Shown: positions 48,103 through 61,176 of the stretch, piece by piece
Numbering within the stretch: the stretch's first letter is position 1
Layout: the number at the start of each line of letters is the position of its first letter
From: Selaginella moellendorffii
Taxonomy: Eukaryota > Plantae > Lycopodiophyta
Direction of reading: 5' to 3'
NCBI RefSeq assembly: GCF_000143415.4
Contig: NW_003314278.1
Location: forward strand, 1,262,673-1,326,672
Length of the DNA: 64,000 nucleotides
The notes under the pieces: generated by a model
What the model was told of the DNA's origin: nothing
Seen by the model: the letters and a program-made list of their open reading frames with translations, nothing else
Database searches by the model: none
Program-made: the position numbers and the translations under genes

Positions 48103-49505
48103 ATGGCGCGCGTAGCTCACAAGGCATCGTCTTGGTGGGATGAAACGCTGGTTGTCTACGCGCGGTGTGGGCATTTGGAGGAATCGAGAAGGATATTTGA
48201 TGCATTGCTGGCCAAGAACATCGCGTCGTGGACGGCGCTCCCGACCGCGTATGCCGAGAGTGGGCATCTGGGGGAGGCCAAGGCAGCGTTCGATCGAATG
48301 GCGGTGTGGGACGTAGTTTCCTCCACTGCGATGGTCAAGGCGCTGGGCGATTGTGGGCGGATTGGATCGAGCAAGGCGGTGTTTGATGCGATGCCCGAGA
48401 GGAACTGCAAGACGTGGGCGACGCTGCTGCGGGGATTTGCTAGATTGGGCGAGCGAGAGAAGTGCTGGATCGGATGCCCGAGACGAATGTGGTAGCGTGG
48501 ACGATCCTCGTGCAGGGTTTCGCGCAGCGCGGGCGAGTGGGCGATGCGAAGGCTGCGTTTGATTCCATGCCCGAGAAGAACAGCATCACTCGCGCGGTGA
48601 TGCTCGTCATGTTTGCGGAGAATGGATTCGTGAGGAGGCGGAGGATGTCTTCCAGGAGATTGTCCACCGAAACGCGATCCTCTGGGGGGCGATGCACTGC
48701 TGCTATGCCCAAAATGGGGATTTGATTCAAGCCAAGAGTTTGTTTGATAGGATGCCTCAGCACAACGTACTTTCGTGGACGATTATGATCATACGCGCAA
48801 AACGGTGATGCTGATCAAGGAAAACAGTTGTTTGAAGAAATGCCACACAGAGATCTTGTTTCATGGAACGCGATAATCGCTGTTTATGCCCAGAGAGGTC
48901 GTTTCAAAGAGGCGATCCGGGCGTTTTCTTTGGTTTGCTGCTGGGATTCCTATTCATGGAACACAATTCTAGTGGTATATGCTCTAGATGCAAATATTCG
49001 TGATGCTAAGTAAGCGTTCGATGAGATGCCAACTTGGAACTTGGTCTCCTGGAACACGATTCGTGCAGCATATGCCCAAACCGGGCATGCGTATTCTGCG
49101 ATCCAGCTCTTTTGGGCGATGTTTCTTCACGGCTTTGACCCCGACAAGGCAGCGTTTGCCATCGTTTTGACGGCGTGTAGCCATCTGGGGCTCGTCAAGG
49201 AAGCAGTAAGCTACTTCACGGCAATGAGCTTTGACAATGGATTGGATCCTTCGCAAGACCACTACACCTGCATTGTTGATGCTCTCCGACGACTAGGGCG
49301 ATTGAAAGAGGCCGAGGATGTCCTGGAGAATATGCCTTTGCCAGCAGATGGAGTTGCATGGGCAACGTTTCTTAACGCGTGCAAAAACCACGGGGAGATG
49401 AATCGAGGGATGCATGCTGTGGAATTTACGTGCCAGTCCAGCCTTGTGAGTGATGCATTGCCTTATGTGATGCTGGAGAACATCTTCAGAGCACTTCAGA
49501 CTTGA
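48103..49505 (+). pseudogene. PLS/E-class pentatricopeptide repeat (PPR) gene, frameshifted
   Basis: Repeats of 'YA.SGHL.EAK..FD.MP..NVVSW'; E-domain-like DHYTCIVDAL.RLGRL.EAEDV..NMP..ADGVAWATFLNACKNHG; several frameshifts and stops. Confidence 0.9.
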
Positions 49506-51349
49506 TTCTTTACTGTTTTGATGTGTTGACCCAAACATTGATCGTTGAGATCCAGCCATTCCTCGACCCACCCCATCCCCCATGGGTGGAGAGCGGGACG
49601 CACAGAGATTGGGCATAGGAGAGTCTTCAGAAATCTATCTGGAGTGTTAAGTGCAGTGGGTTTGCTATAGCCAGCAACGCAAGATCCAATGCTGCTGTTG
49701 TGAATTTGAGCAGCAGCACTGCGCTCCTCCTGCTCCACATCAGTGCCATGCTAGGCGTGGCAATCCAGATTCTCAAGACCATGCCGGTGAGAGTCTATCA
49801 TGAGCTCCTGTTGAAAGTGGGAAGTAGTGGTGTGAAATGCTTGCGTTTGAGGCGCGGGTGGAGATGGGCTCATTGATACCTCGTTCCCATTGCCTTCCTT
49901 GTATCCTATCTCCCTCGTTGCCTCCCGACATGCTTCATATGTTCTCCTCTCTGAGTTCCATATGTTATCCTCTCCGCTGGCAACGGGCCCTCAGCCCATT
50001 CTTGATATTTACAAAGGCTCCATTGGATGTTGATACAGGGAATTAAATTTAAAGACAATTTGGGCTTAATCTATGTTGAATGGATTGCTCTTTGCAAAGC
50101 ATGTATGCAAGGTGATTTTACAAGGAAATTTATCAAATCTTGTAAAAAGTCAATGCCATACCTGTCAAGAACGAAATCCCTGGAGAGCTTTAGGAATTAG
50201 TATAGGGATATATAGGGATGCATAATGAAGGATAGTTAAGTAATTTGATGATGAGAAGTTTGACATGGCGCAAGCAGAGTGCGCCTCTCAAGGCATCCAA
50301 ATCTATGTTCTAGCTCCCATTTGGAAATAAGAAAGATTACAAGGGCCATTTCCTACTCATCCATTCCCTTCGAAACCTTTCTTTCTATTCTGCAGGGTGG
50401 AGTTTTACATATAATGTTGTTGTCACAAATAATTATAAAGCAAGTATAAGGGAATATTTCTTCTTCAATGGCAACTAGCACTTTGTAAAATGTTTTGTGA
50501 CCAACTATTCCCTTCTCTTCCAATATCATGGAATATAAGTATATGAAAATTTTCAAAACTATCATGTTGGAGTACAATCTTAATCATTCTTAAACTCTTA
50601 GGAATACTAGACTCAACTCTTCAGTTCCCTTTAATCTTTCAGTCTAGCATCATTCCAAATCCAGGATTGGTATTCAGATTTAGAATATTGCACTAGCCTT
50701 TTGAGACAAGGATAATTAGTTGTTATTTCAATCTACATTGAGTTATCATTTAAATAGATTGCTACTTTGTCCTCTATGACATGCTAGATGGAGAAAAAGT
50801 GTTATATAAGATCATATTTTTTATGCATTCCCCAAGTATTCTTTATAATTCAAATATTTATTTTAATAGATTTTTTTCTGCAGGCTATTTGCAAAAGAAC
50901 ACCAAACAGCTGATTGCATAAATAGAAGATGATGGATTATGGTTTCCAGACATGCAAATGATTCTTTCACAAGGTGTATGACCTATTTGCACACATATTA
51001 TATTTTTATATTCTTTATTTTTCCACAATACCTATCTTTTATACCTTCAGTTTTGAGTATTTCTTCAACGTAGGCACTATATTTTTGGTTTGCTTAATAG
51101 ACACTGCACATGTGACTATCACAGTCAAATTGTGATGGCTACATCAGCAATTTGACGTAATGTTGCCTTAGTACATGTCACCGTCACCATCATTTTTTTA
51201 ACAGTGGCATTGTGACAATGAAATCAATTTGAATGTTTTTCAAAACTAGCCCAGCTGGTTGACCACCATGAAACTTGTAAGTTAAAATGCTGATGTGGTA
51301 GTTATTTCCTCCCGCCACTATTCCTGACATATTAATTCATGGTTTTAGA

Positions 51350-52280
51350 GTCTTGAGCAGAATGGGAGAGCAACAGTTGAACGATTTGGAGATTGTGTTC
51401 TCCACTCAATGTCAGCAAGAGTTTCTGTATGATGGTTCTCAATTCAGCAGGGGGAATTTTACTGCTCCCACTCCACCGAAGCTTCTGAAACCAATTAGAA
51501 ATCAAGGGCATTGCTCTTTAAATGAATTGTTGGCTCTGAATGAAGCAAAGAAGCATGATTTCTTCTTATAGTAGCAAGGTAGCATTCAGGAGGCACAAGA
51601 CTACAAGCATTCATTGGCAGCAAGTTTCTGAGTAAGTTTTGGATTTTTTAGACTTCCAGTCATTCACTAAGTTTTCAACTATTGTTTGACACATGGTGTC
51701 AACCATTTGCCTAGGCAATGCCAATCTCGTTGGGAGTATATCTACAAAGAGTTCAACAGAATCAAGTCATATGAATATCATGTTCCTACTGGCAAAACCA
51801 GTACTGAAACATGATAATAGAGCAACATCGTGGAGCTAATTTACCACCAAAGTTCAATGATCAACTCTATGCAATGATGGATGAGTGGCTTTAGGACTGT
51901 CAAACTGTAAATTCACAGAGATAGACTTAGGAATCAATATTTTCACCACCTACATCCCTAAAGGTATGTTTTGTAGTTTTTGCTTATGATCACTTTTGGC
52001 AATGACAGGAAACAAAAACAATCCTGAAAAGCATAGTTTAGGCTGGCTGAGGAAGAAGTCCTGCACACAACTTGTAGAACAACTTGCAGGAGTGTTGTGT
52101 GACAACAATGTGAGCCTCATTGATACAATGGAAAATAGCTAAAAGGAAATTTGTTGTTATAATCTGAAGAAGGAAGAATTCATGGAGCGTACTCTGGTTG
52201 TGAATAGCCAGATGGTGAAGAGTGTGGATCAAGTAGCTCAAGCCTTGTTTGCAATTGCTGATTCTTTGGTAAATCAATTC
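51350..52280 (+). pseudogene. Harbinger ORF1 (Myb/SANT-like) remnant
   Basis: Position, plus remnant ...YHVPTGKTS..W..RA.R.ANLPPKFNDQLYAMMDEW; many stops. Family assignment partly inferred from context. Confidence 0.45.
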
Positions 52281-52585
52281 ATTTTCTTATTCATGAAATT
52301 AATTGTAGTTTACAGTGTCATTGATTACTATCTCCAAAGTGATGAGAGAGATGATGACTGATGAAGATGTGATGATTTACCTGATCAACAATTCTAGGCC
52401 AACATTCTCACCTTGCATTGCCACTGCCAATATCCTTGGATCAATTCCATCAATTTAGATAGAGCATTTTTGTTGGAAGGACATGAGCGTTCACGTAAAG
52501 CTGTTTGTATCAGTTGTTTGGCAATAGAAACACAAATGGATCAGAGTTAAATTGAAAGGAAAGAAAGAACTTTGCAAGAGTAAGT

Positions 52586-52840
52586 ACCAAGAATGCCACA
52601 CTGCAAAATGACAATCTTTATATATGGTTGATTGAATCCCCTCTCAGTGATCACTGCTCGAGTGTTGCCTATAAGCTTGGCAATACTGTGGGGATTCAAG
52701 ATGAGATTTTTCCCAAGGAACGAAGAGAGGAAAATACATATTGGAAGTAAAGATTGTTGTATTATCTTTGACCACCCTGGTACTCACAATCTTCCGGACA
52801 ACATCCAGGCCTTCTACCACCCGCCCTACCACCGAATTCA
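52586..52840 (-). pseudogene. Captured cyclophilin C-terminal fragment (CYP26-2-like) inside the Harbinger element
   Basis: VVGRVVEGLDVVRKIVSTRVVKDNT, intron, then IAKLIGNTRAVITERGFNQPYIKIVILQCGIL. Confidence 0.7.
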
Positions 52841-53339
52841 TTGGGAATTTCAAAGAATTCATTGGGAAACCAAGTAGGATCCCAACTTCTAGTGATAGAA
52901 CAACTTCAATGGCCTCAAGCTGCATTCCCTTGTGTCACCAGCCTCAAGCTGCATTTCCAAGTGCCTTCTGCAGCACCATTCCAAATCATTTTGTTCCCTT
53001 TTCCTCTTGCCGCCAGACGACTCTCATTTAATCATTTTAAAACCTTCCCTATGAGAAGAACAGAAATGAACCTGAATGTTAGAATCAGACCAACACTGGC
53101 AGCAGCTGTGACTCTAAACTCATCATAGCCCCCCTCTCTCTACTATCAGCCAGGTTCTCTGCTGCACCCACATTCAAGCCTTGTACTGAAATCTCCGAAT
53201 TAAAACCTTGAAAAATAAAACAAAACTTGTGTTTGTGAGCATGCTAAAATAAATAAATTCGTGAGCTTCAAGTGAATTTGTTTAAGTCTACTACATAAGT
53301 AATGAGAACGTTCCTAATCTCCGTAGCAGTGACATGAGG

Positions 53340-54550
53340 CTCCGGTCACCAGCCTTGTGGTTGATTAGTCATTGGCTCAAGCTCAATGTCTATTTCCCCT
53401 ATGTCACCTATACCAATAATGAAGTTATGCAGAATGCAAGCTGTTTTTATGGCACTTGTTAATTGAGTGATGGTCTCAACTTTAACCAACTTCCTAAACA
53501 TCCTCTAACGACCTTTAAGCAATCCGAAACTTCTCTCACATACCATCCTCAAAGACGACAAGTAAAAGTTGAATGCTTCCTTCAATTTAGTTCCATTTGC
53601 ACTTGGAAATGGTCCAACCATGGAAGCTCGTAGTATCCTGAGTCTCCGATGATATACTCCCAAAACTGATATTGGCCTCTTGAGACTATTGGTCTGTTAA
53701 GAATCTCACATGATTGAGCTCTTCTGTAGAATGACCTTTTCCTCAAAATAGTTATGTCATTGCAACCCCTAGGATCTCCAACTCAAATATCCAAGAACCT
53801 TGCTTCACTATCAATGATTGCTTGCATGACAATTGAGTTATCCTTGTCCTTGTTGTAATAATTACTTGCAAAAGTGTTTCCAGGAAGTTCAACTTCAAAA
53901 TATGTGCAGCCAATTGCACCATAGCAATTCAAGAAGCCACAAAAACTCTCAAAACCTATTTTTACTACTGACAGATTTACTGGCCACACAAGAAATTGTC
54001 CTAGATGCTGGAATGTTGAGTCAAAGAACTTCTAACAATACTTCCGGACAATTGCTTTAGAAACACCAAAATGCTTTGTCAAACTAGCAAAAGAATCACA
54101 TAAAGCTAATCTCCGTAAAACAATGGCAACTTTCTTACCAACAAGAACATATCTAGATGGAATGTTTTTCAAATTTGGAGGCAATGTTGTTTGCATTGAT
54201 AGAGCAATAAGTTTGTAGATTGTCATGAACTGTTCTGAAGAACTCTCTCCACCTTATTGGATCTTGCATTCTAACCTCATCCACCCAATGATGAAACCAA
54301 TGAAGAGACCTTGGTTTGATATAGAAATCTCCCTCCTGAAAGAAGTTCAATTGCAACCAACTCCCAACTACTGCCAATCACATGTGATGATACACTAGCA
54401 CTAATTGTTGTTAAAGAGTAGCTTCAAGCCTCTCATCCTCAAGATCTTCTCTAAGACACCTTCTAGATCTTCTATAAGCAACAACTAACTGATCAATTGT
54501 AGCAGCAGCCACAACAACCACAAAAACCACAACAATTGCCTTATTCATCC
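53340..54550 (-). pseudogene. PIF/Harbinger (HARBI1-like) DDE transposase remnant
   Basis: WREFFR, KVAIVLRRLA..DSF..L...FGVSK, CYGAIGCT, YYNKD..SIVMQAIIDSEARFLDI, IIGDSGY, FNFYLSSLRMVCERSFGLLKGR, TACILHNF. Confidence 0.85.
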
Positions 54551-55492
54551 CACAGGAACCCTAATGATGTAGCATTAATCAATGACAAATCAGCATTGAC
54601 TCAATGGTAACTTGATTTTGGAATATTCTAGAATAATCTGATGTGGATGATGGTTACATGTACAACATTTTATCACTGTCACCGCACAGAAAATGACAAT
54701 GATGGTCACATAGCATCTCTAAGCAAACCAACATAGGATATACCTAGGTATTCTTGAATGTTCTATAATCTAATTGTTGATATTTCTTTAGAATAATCTT
54801 GTAGTTATAAATTCAAAACATTTAATAATGGTCATCACGTTGACTACAAAGAGTTGACTATATAGTTGACTGACAGTTCTGGCAAAAAGATGTTGTTTTG
54901 AGAACTACATTATAGTTCAATGTTTGGACATGTGTTTGTAGGTGTGATTTTGTGGCAAGGAAGCAAGAGCAACAGGAGGTCCTCTAGACAAGCTAACTTT
55001 TGAAGTTTAACCAACTACCACCTCCATGCAAGGGTACTTTCCACGAGCTCAAAGTGTAGAGGGCTAGCTTTTGATTTTATTTTGGTTGTTCTCTAGGCCC
55101 AATCTGTTAAGAGTGATGCAAAGAGACTGTTATTGATCAGGCCAGGGATTTCCAACTCAAAGCTATGTTTCTCATACCTGAAAAGTGTATCCATGAAATA
55201 TATATATATATCCTCTTGTGGTTTCTCTTCTAAGTTAGAAGATGAGTGTCTAAGGTTATACATATCAAAGTACAAACCAAAGAAGTAGATCAATAGATCT
55301 CCCCGCGATGTGTCAATTATCAGTCGAATGAGGCAAGTAGCAAATACTTGGTTTTTGTAAGCACTTGTCGCAGCTCTCCTAAGAGCCTCACTCTATTGAC
55401 ACCCTACCCGGGTTGAGCCATTGGACTAGCTAGATGTCAATCAACATGTGATATGATTCCCTTAGCCAACCAATAGAGTCGGATCTGAGACC

Positions 55493-55504
55493 GCTCCGAT
55501 ACCA
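55493..55504 (-). promoter_or_regulatory. Primer binding site, tRNA-iMet type
   Basis: TGGTATCGGAGC, 2 nt downstream of the LTR end on the minus strand. Confidence 0.8.
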
Positions 55505-55506
55505 AA

Positions 55507-55700
55507 TGTAAGCTCTTGAATTTAGACTTCCTAGGAGGTCACCCAACTCAGTACTATTTAAACCCAAGGATGCTTAACCCTAAATATCCCAAGACCCTTA
55601 ACCGATTGGAAAAGAGGGTGCACTTTTGTTCATGGGCCCTTTCCCTCTATATTTGAACCCCATAGATCGTCTCTTAAGTCATTCTCTTTGGTTTCTTACA
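55507..55700 (-). repeat. 194-bp LTR containing a 5S rRNA-like segment (Cassandra-like)
   Basis: TGTAAG...CTTACA termini. Minus-strand 55525-55578 GTTAAGCATCCTTGGGTTTAAATAGTACTGAGTTGGGTGACCTCCTAGGAAGTC matches the plant 5S internal control region at about 43/54 (compared from memory). Confidence 0.75.
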
Positions 55701-56899
55701 GTTTTCTTTTAGTCAATTTGCTTTGAAAAACAATTTATGTCTAGATCTGAAGCAAAGTTTTCCACAAATTAGCTATCATATGTTTGAAAAGCTACTTAAT
55801 GTCATTCCATAAGCAAATTGATCTATAACAGGTTATCATGCGTTACACAATTTAACTTTTGTGTTGATTCCACAGGGCAATTTCACGGAATGGTTTCCAC
55901 GGCCCATTCAAATTAGTCTTTAGTGTTAATCTAGTTTGCCTAAAATTTGCCAAAAGCAATAAGCCACTCTTTGACTTGAGTTGACAATATTCTGCTCAAA
56001 GTATACAGAAATCTGACTCCTTATATCTTTACTATTGTCAAAGAAAGTGTGATAATACTTTATAAGTACATAGAATAAATAAGACTTATATATGTGGAGT
56101 TACCTATACAAAAAGAAAATAGGACTAGGATTCTTCCTATATAGAGAGATAGTTTACCTATCCAAGCTAAATGTAAATTCTGAGTATTATAACTTGTAAA
56201 GGATTTATAAAATTTTTCCTACTAAACAATTGTTAAATTTTATGCAATCTTTAGGCAAAAAAGCTATTGTGGGAAGTTTAATGGTTCACAATAAAGCTTG
56301 GATACCCATAGGTAGAAATACACTTGGTGATAATTAGGTTAATAGATGTTGGATCAATTCTAAATTTGAATTGGTAGGAAACAAAATTTTGTGGAGTAAA
56401 AATCTTTTAAGGTGGACCACATTTGAGCAAGATAGATATGCTCTAAAAAACAATGTTTATTGCTTGAAAATTTTTTGGAACTTTTGTATAAAAATGTTCT
56501 AGACATTTGGCCTCTAGAGGAAAGTTATTCCTATTTCGAAATTGGTTGGAAAGTTAAATACTTGTTCCTAAGAGTGACTGATAAGCCAATTTACAAGAGG
56601 GATACATTGCATACCAAAGCCTCGTACCACTCACTCCACAAACGAGGCATAATAACTAGGCTTGCCATAATAGCAACACTAACAGGCTTCAAAATATATA
56701 AGCATAGACTAACAATTGATTGTACCTATAAATCTTTAAATGGCATAATCTCTATATATAAAATTGTCACTGTTTATACCAAACAAAGTGATAGATATAC
56801 AATATTTTTTTGACAATCTAATGAGCAAAAGCAGTTTGAAAAGAAGTATTCACAAGATCTAGAATGAAATTACAAAGCACTTGCTTGTGATATTTGCGA

Positions 56900-59260
56900 T
56901 ATTAACCTCCCTTCAGAAAAGACTAAATTATTGCTCAATCAAGCTAGAGAAAAATTTGAAAGAGAGCGAGCTAAAAGCATATTAGGTACACCTCAACGAA
57001 GAGGAGATCAAAAATCTAAATACGACTTTGATGGTCATCTAGAATATGTGAATCTATACACTAGTCCTCTTTGGCAACATCGGAACATAGAAAATGCCTC
57101 TACTTCAACTGAGAGTATTGGAACACAAAACAACTGTAGTGATTGCCCACAAAAGAAAGAAGCACTAAATTTACAACTTTACCCTTTGACGGTGATTTAA
57201 GTTCCCTTATGAACCAAACACCTGTTTTGCCTATACTATGTACAAAATAGAGTATTTCCTAATAAATTGCAATGAACACAATAGCAATTACAGGAATACC
57301 AATAGACATCGTCATTACATATCCATCCTTTTTTGAAATTAAAGGAGAGGACCCACAATTACATATTAAGCAATACATAGAAGCAATTAAGCTCAATCAA
57401 GTAAATAAGCAAAAAAAATATTTTTTCCCCTATACACACAAAAACAAAGTCAAAGATTGGTACTATGATAATGATGTTAAAAATCTTGGCACATTCTTAA
57501 AAATTTTCTCCATAGAAACAAACCTAGGAGAAAACTATAATAAGTTGCAAAAGCTTCATTAAGGAAAATTTGAGACAATCGAGAAATATACAGCTCGATT
57601 TAACAACCATTATAAGTATTAGTGTTAGACAAAATGCGCGTACGCCTATACATATAGAGCCTTAAGAAACTTTATCGTGAACATGCGATAAAGAGAGTTC
57701 ATGTAAATTTCGATGATTTAAAAAGAACCATGATTGCCTACTAAGATCTCATAAAATAATATGATATGGTAGATATGGTGAAGTCACATAAAAAAACAAC
57801 TTCTATAGACAAAAAAACTAGTCATTTAAGGAGCCTCAAATTGCAAACCAATCTCAAATAAGGGATTTGGTATATTAAATGCATAAATAAAGGCTATAAC
57901 AAAGAAGAATGCAAAATTCAACTAATCAAGTGCTAATTTTGTGAAAAATAACAGTATTCAGTTAAGGAGTGTAAAACTTTGTTTAAACAACCAAAAGGCC
58001 GACAGGCAGCCTGAGTTAATAAAATGACATGTAGGCAAAACTATCCATTTGACAATAAAAGTTATTGTAAAAGAAACATTTATAATGATAATCGAAGTGC
58101 CAAATGTGAATACTTATATGCTAAAAGGCTAAATGACCATCGGGATTATCCACCTAGGGGTAATTTTCGAGATTATCCACCTAGCCATGAAGAAAATAAG
58201 CCTAGAGGCTATAATTGACCTAGAGAATATGATTAATCTAGAGGTTATAATATGCCTAGAGAATATAAAAGGCCAAAAGAGTATGATCAAGTTAAGACTC
58301 CTATTCACTATCCTATACTATACAATCAAACTGAATCATCAAGCAAGAATGATAGGCCTCCTAATGATACACAACCTACAGCTAGACACATTGGAAGTAC
58401 CACAAATTGTGTATTTTTAGGAGGTCTATCATTGCTTGATGATTCAACTTGATTGTATAGTATAAGATAGTGTGCCTAGCTGTAGGTTGTGTTAATAATG
58501 AATAGGATTTTCCTTATGGCTAGGTGAATAATCTCAAACATTACCCAAGTACAAACTCAATTATGTCGTGCTTAAAATAACACAACGAGATTATGCCTAT
58601 AAAACTCTACAATGCAGACTTTAGCTAAAAAGTGCTTGCACAAACCAAGACTAGAAAAATAGTTTCTTATATATAGAGCAAGGCAACTAAAAAAGGTCTA
58701 TGCTCATTACTTGCACCATACAATTGGAAAAGAAAGATCGACCTCAAAACTCAATTTTATAATTGGGAGGAAAGCTTAGACGGTTTTGAAGAGTAAAAAA
58801 TTTTAGAATATTTTTCTGAAATTGAGCTAATTTTAGAAGTTGATCTTTATTCAATACTCAAAGGAATACTTAGACAAGAAACCCCTAAACCAAAAATTAG
58901 TTCGAATATAAGAGATTTTTCCTTAAAGGAGGATCCTGCATATAAATTGATCAACAGAGAAACTATGTTTTGCATGTTTCTTTTCATTAACCACTTGAGC
59001 AAATCAATTTAGTAGATTAATAGCACTTCAACATCAACCAGTTCCAGTGTCCATTGTAGATGGTGCAACACAAGTGAAATACTTTTATCAAGCTACTCTC
59101 TTGCTTAAGGAGTGCATATTGACTTGCAGGATGTAGTAGAAGGAATGCTCGAAGAATGGTAGGAAAACCTGGCTATAATGGCAAGTAACCGAACTAATGG
59201 GGACAAGAGAGTGATTATACATCTTGGTGATTGTCTCTGGAGACATTGAGATGAAGTATA
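56900..59260 (+). mobile_element. Heavily decayed Ty3/gypsy gag(-protease) remnant
   Basis: GEDPQLHIKQY..FFPYT.K.KVKDWY (57330-57465) and Zn-knuckle-like remnants ~57870-57975; multiple stops. Confidence 0.55.
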
Positions 59261-59301
59261 TACATGGTCACACGTTGATGTTTCTCATAGTTTTAACTTG
59301 C

Positions 59302-61176
59302 AGATATGTCGAGCGCATATTTGCTATCTTGTTGCAAATGCTAGTTTTGAGCCTTTCTCCCCTTCTGCCAGACTTTGTCTTCTAGGTGCCGACCATTGTA
59401 AGTATCCACGCACGTATGCTAGTCCAGAAGCTATCCAGGTAAGCCGTGTTTGTCCTAACAATTATTAACCTTTTCTTCATCAGCGAACAGAAGTGTATGA
59501 ATTTGCAAGAGTGACTGGCAATTCCCAGTTTATTTTACTTCCTTTCCAGCCATACAAGCTTATTTATGCATCGATGCTTACTGAAGCTGGAAAGATAAAC
59601 AAAGCTTTAAGGTTGGTAGTGAGTAAAAAGATCCAAAAATAAACTAGACTTCACTTTGATTTTTAACTGTATCCTTCATTAACACAAGGTTTCTCTTCGA
59701 AGGTATTGCCAAGCGGTGTTGAAAACATTGAAAACAGTGGGCCATGCAGCTGATGTGTGCAAAGAAGCAGCTGTAGCCTTGGAAGAGCGTCTTTGTTTCC
59801 ACTCTTAGGTTTGTAAGCAGACACTCAGCTTTTATACTTACTTTCCTGTTATCCAGGGTGGCTCAACGTCAATTGTGCAATGGTTTTTTGGCAATATTGG
59901 TCTACACAAGATGATAGGCCCTTTGCCCCCGAAAGCTTCTGATAATGCTGATATTAATAACCGTCCTGCAACAGCTTCTAGCAGAAGCAGTGTATCACTT
60001 GCCTCATCGGCATCAATGGAACCCATAAGTGATAATACGAGAAGATCCAACATGTCAGCGAGAAGCATTTCTGAGCCTGACTTTAGGCCTGCACAGGTAA
60101 CTCGACTTGCTCTTGTGTACCTTCGATTAAGACTTGTATTCTTTCATCAGATCATTAGTCCAGCAAAAGGAACACCAAACAGAGGCGTCTTTACTTCTTT
60201 CGTGCAAAGAGCGATGGGCTTCATAAAAACACCTTCAAAGGAGGTTTGTAGAAGCTTTGGAAAGAGCACTAGCTGATTGATAGTTGGTACGTGATGTAGG
60301 CAAAGCTTGGCGACAGCAACAAGTTTAGATATGACGAGACACTGAAGCACTGGGTTGAAGGAGGAGCCGAGGCACNNNNNNNNNNNNNNNNNNNNNNNNN
60401 NNNNNNNNNNNNNNNNNNNNNNNNNNNNNNNNNNNNNNNNNNNNNNNNNNNNNNNNNNNNNNNNNNNNNNNNNNNNNNNNNNNNNNNNNNNNNNNNNNNN
60501 NNNNNNNNNNNNNNNNNNNNNNNNNNNNNNNNNNNNNNNNNNNNNNNNNCAGGTCGCGCACGTCAAAACGTTAGATCAAGGTACCGTTTTGGTCATTCCC
60601 ATCACTCCAGTCTCACGAGGTTTTTGCAGATATGTCGCAAAGGTAGCGTAACACCATCGAAGACATCATCGGACTCTCCTCCACTGTTTGGCGTGGTGCC
60701 AAAGGCAAGCGCAAAGCCTTTGGCTCCAGCGAGATTTTTCGTGCCTGCAGCAGCTGCTGCTGCTGCTCCAGATATCAACAGCAACCATTCAGTGGATCCT
60801 TCCTCGGCACTGGCCTTTGTCCCCAACACGGCATTCTCAAACGGGAATGGACCGTTTGCAGCAGCAGCATTCACTCAGCCGGTTGTACAGGATATGAGAA
60901 ACGATCCGGGGCCAACGCGTGATCATATCTCAAGCGGCTCTTCACCAGCAATGTTCTATTCGAATCACTATCCAGCAGCACCGCCAACCGTCTCGTTGCC
61001 GCCACCTCCAGCTCTGGAAGTCACTCCGCCAGTGATGGTCGAGCAGCAGCAGCAAAACCAACACCAGGAAAGTTCGATTCATCAGCACCACCATCAACAG
61101 TCTGGCACAGTGGGATTCGAAGCTGCCAGTTCCTCCAGAGTGTTTGGAGACAATTTTGCAAGAGGTGGAATTGTAA
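59302..61176 (+). pseudogene. SEC16: SEC16 3'-portion fragment, copy 3 (spans an N gap)
   Basis: Same motifs as copies 1 and 2; stop and frameshift lesions (e.g. GDNFARGG instead of GDDLQEVEL). Confidence 0.75.
60376..60549. other. Assembly gap (174 N)
   Basis: Run of n. Confidence 1.

Larger units (their letters stand above)
51073..54738. mobile_element. Decayed PIF/Harbinger DNA transposon (ends approximate)
   Basis: Inverted terminal blocks TTGGTTTGCTTA..ATGTGAC(T/C)ATCA at ~51085-51122 and ~54700-54732. Minus-strand DDE nuclease remnant plus a convergent plus-strand Myb-like ORF remnant. Confidence 0.75.

Noticed and set aside
49496-50046. Short ORFs downstream of the PPR pseudogene, possibly another captured fragment
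   Set aside because: No motif I can recognise; left uncalled.
55525-55578. Functional 5S rRNA gene
   Set aside because: Only the central ~54 nt match, with about 11 mismatches, and the segment is embedded in an LTR next to a PBS.
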